64,000 bases of DNA. Source: Eledone cirrhosa (lineage: Eukaryota). The position numbers and the translations under genes are program-made. The DNA lies in NCBI GenBank assembly GCA_964016885.1, contig OZ024742.1, positions 356,252,001 through 356,316,000 of the forward strand. The letters are read 5' to 3'. The notes below the pieces were generated by a model. The model saw only the letters and a program-made list of their open reading frames with translations. It did no database searches and had not been told where the DNA came from. Positions 61,011 through 64,000 of this stretch are shown here, piece after piece (the first letter of the stretch is position 1; every line of letters begins with the position of its first letter).

Positions 61011-61460
61011 GTTGCCAATAAGAAACACACGCACCAGTTGCTTTCACTTCAATTTATTATATATAGAATAATCTGTACTCTACCACCATGCTAAAATAGA
61101 ACACAAGGGTAAATTAGAGAACATAGAAATAAAAATACAATCTACACACAGAAAAGACGCAATGTTTAGACAAATTACAGAGGCAATAAACATAAAAGAA
61201 TTACAACCAAAATTAAATAGAAAATATGAGTGGAACAGCAACATCACAACTTACAATTAAGGACAAAATCAAAACACACACACACATAGAACAAACAACC
61301 AACCAGTAACATGTAAATAAACAAATAAATAAATGAACATAAACACACACAGACACCCGGATGTGGCGCATGCGCAGACTGAGCACACAACACACACACA
61401 GAAACAAAATGGCGTAGGACAGAACAAAGGAGAGGCACAGAAACAAAGAAAGGAATCCCC

Positions 61461-61505
61461 AGTCACTGAAGAGGTCACAGAGTGTGTGACGAAAGAACTA
61501 TGACT
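61461..61505 (+). ncRNA. Minimal type I hammerhead ribozyme (B2 inverted pLTR)
   Basis: AGTCA CTGAAGA G GTCACA-GAGTG-TGTGAC GAAA GAAC TA TGACT. Confidence 0.75.
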
Positions 61506-61705
61506 ATATATAAACAACTATCTGGTTGTGGAACCAACCAACCAACCAGAAATTTATAAATTTATAAATTTATTATAAATTTATTATAATAAATTGAAGT
61601 GAAAGCAACTGGTGCGTGTGTTTCTTATTGGCAACATGACCCTCCCAAAGTATAACAATATCGGTTTCAACACACGATTTCAGACAAAGAATCTTTCTAA
61701 ACAAA

Positions 61706-62780
<1,075 letters not shown>

Positions 62781-63222
62781 AAATTAATATGTATGTGATG
62801 AAACACAGATACCAACACATCTGTGTATATATTGCAAAAGAAAAATTTAGCCAGATTGAAGTATACTAATTATTATACTACAGTTTGTCCATATCGATTT
62901 TAAATAATAAATCAACGAAGGCGAACTGTATTGCCAAGAGGCCGTGATGTTTAGACACATTTAAATTTGAAAATCAAACCTGTTCCGTAGATAAGTTTAA
63001 ACTTTAAGATCCAAATATGTTTCGAGTTAAATAAGTGTAGGAATATCATGTCCTGATCTCCTCAGTAAACATCCAGAGACAAATTGATATGCTTCACTTC
63101 TAAATAATTTAAAAGACTGCGTGACGCACATGGTTTTACAGTATCTAACTAGTCTCATAACCGTACTGCTAGAAATAACAGTCGTATATATGAGGCGGCT
63201 TGCAGCTCAAACTAGGAGCAGT

Positions 63223-63317
<95 letters not shown>

Positions 63318-63318
63318 G

Positions 63319-63351
<33 letters not shown>

Positions 63352-63361
63352 GTATATATAT

Positions 63362-63855
63362 GTAGGAGGTGAGTTTTATTGTAGTACAATAAAGCAGTCA
63401 GATATCGGATAAGTAGCACTCTACAGTTTGTAGGACTGGAGTATAAATAATATATAAGATTAAAAGATGGTTAAAAGAGTTCCATGTATTTTATTATGCG
63501 CATTTCAAAAACAAATATCATCATGTGATGACATTTGCGTTTTCGTCAGATAAAATAGATAGACATGATATGAAGTTTAAAAAACACTTGTGAATAGTAC
63601 AGTCTAAATCAACATATGAAAAGTAGTTTTAGTTTGATGTGTGATATTGGGAACAAAATTGAGAAAGTTATGTTCCTTGGTATAGAAGTTACCTTTTAGG
63701 CGCTGATCATAGAAAAAAGCTATCCATCTAAGCCTTCTCATAAAGGAGTCAGTTCTTTCAATTAGAAGTGTGGAGAATTCAGATTTACCAGGTAAAGGAA
63801 TGTCTTTAGTTGAAGTGGTTATGTTGTAATAATCCATGTTGTCGAAGAAAAAGTG
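63362..63855 (-). mobile_element. Internally deleted PLE (family F): ORF N-terminus (63837-~63661) fused to the pLTR
   Basis: MDYYNITTSTKDIPLP..DSFMRRLRW is homologous to the family A N-terminus; pLTR matches 39779-40029. Confidence 0.8.
63487..63557 (-). ncRNA. Minimal type I hammerhead ribozyme (family F)
   Basis: TATTTTAT CTGACGA AAACG-CAAATGTCATCA-CA-TGATGATATTTG-TTTTT GAAA TGCGCA TA ATAAAATA. Confidence 0.82.
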
Positions 63856-63869
63856 TATATATATATATC

Positions 63870-64000
63870 TATGACCAGCGCCTAAAGGGGAACTACTCTA
63901 CCAAGGAACATAACTTTCTCGATCATTTATTTAATTCTAGAAGAAATCCTCCTTCCGACAAAAATCTAGTGCAATTCGAGGAGGAGTTAACTAACATTAT
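63870..64000 (+). pseudogene. 5'-truncated PLE ORF running off the window end
   Basis: YDQRLKGNYSTKEHNFLDHLFNSRRNPPSDKNLVQFEEEL aligns to 63661-63712(-) and to family A KSKRNPPPNKLLSDFE. Confidence 0.75.

Overview
This is eukaryotic (metazoan) repeat-rich DNA with no confidently identifiable host gene. The repeat style suggests a marine invertebrate such as a cephalopod, which is an inference. The backbone is an interrupted (TA)n/(TA)nTG microsatellite, G-polarised on the + strand, and about 20 retroelement insertions are nested in it. These include Penelope-like elements (PLEs; RT + C-terminal GIY-YIG) of two types. The first is a 'GLYRDD / CxCx5Cx5C' type, probably the (TA)n-targeting Hydra clade (families labelled A, A2, C, E, F here). 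The second is a 'YSRYVDD / PLYR' type (B1, B2). There is also an RTE-clade LINE with a PHD-like finger, a CR1/L2-group LINE, and two ORF-less tandem-repeat elements with 316-bp and 470-bp units. By eye I found 20 minimal type I hammerhead ribozyme (HHR) motifs in 9 families, lying in PLE pseudo-LTRs and in the two ORF-less elements (candidate circular-RNA retrozymes, one with a covariant U3-A8 core). Other highlights are an 11-kb head-to-head PLE dimer, an intact 828-codon PLE ORF, an amplified 80-bp inverted PLE mini-element, and a LINE ORF1/ORF2 overlap with in-frame slippery heptamers that suggests -1 ribosomal frameshifting. All I/Y-rich ORFs in the track are microsatellite artefacts. There is a 200-N gap at 18366-18565.
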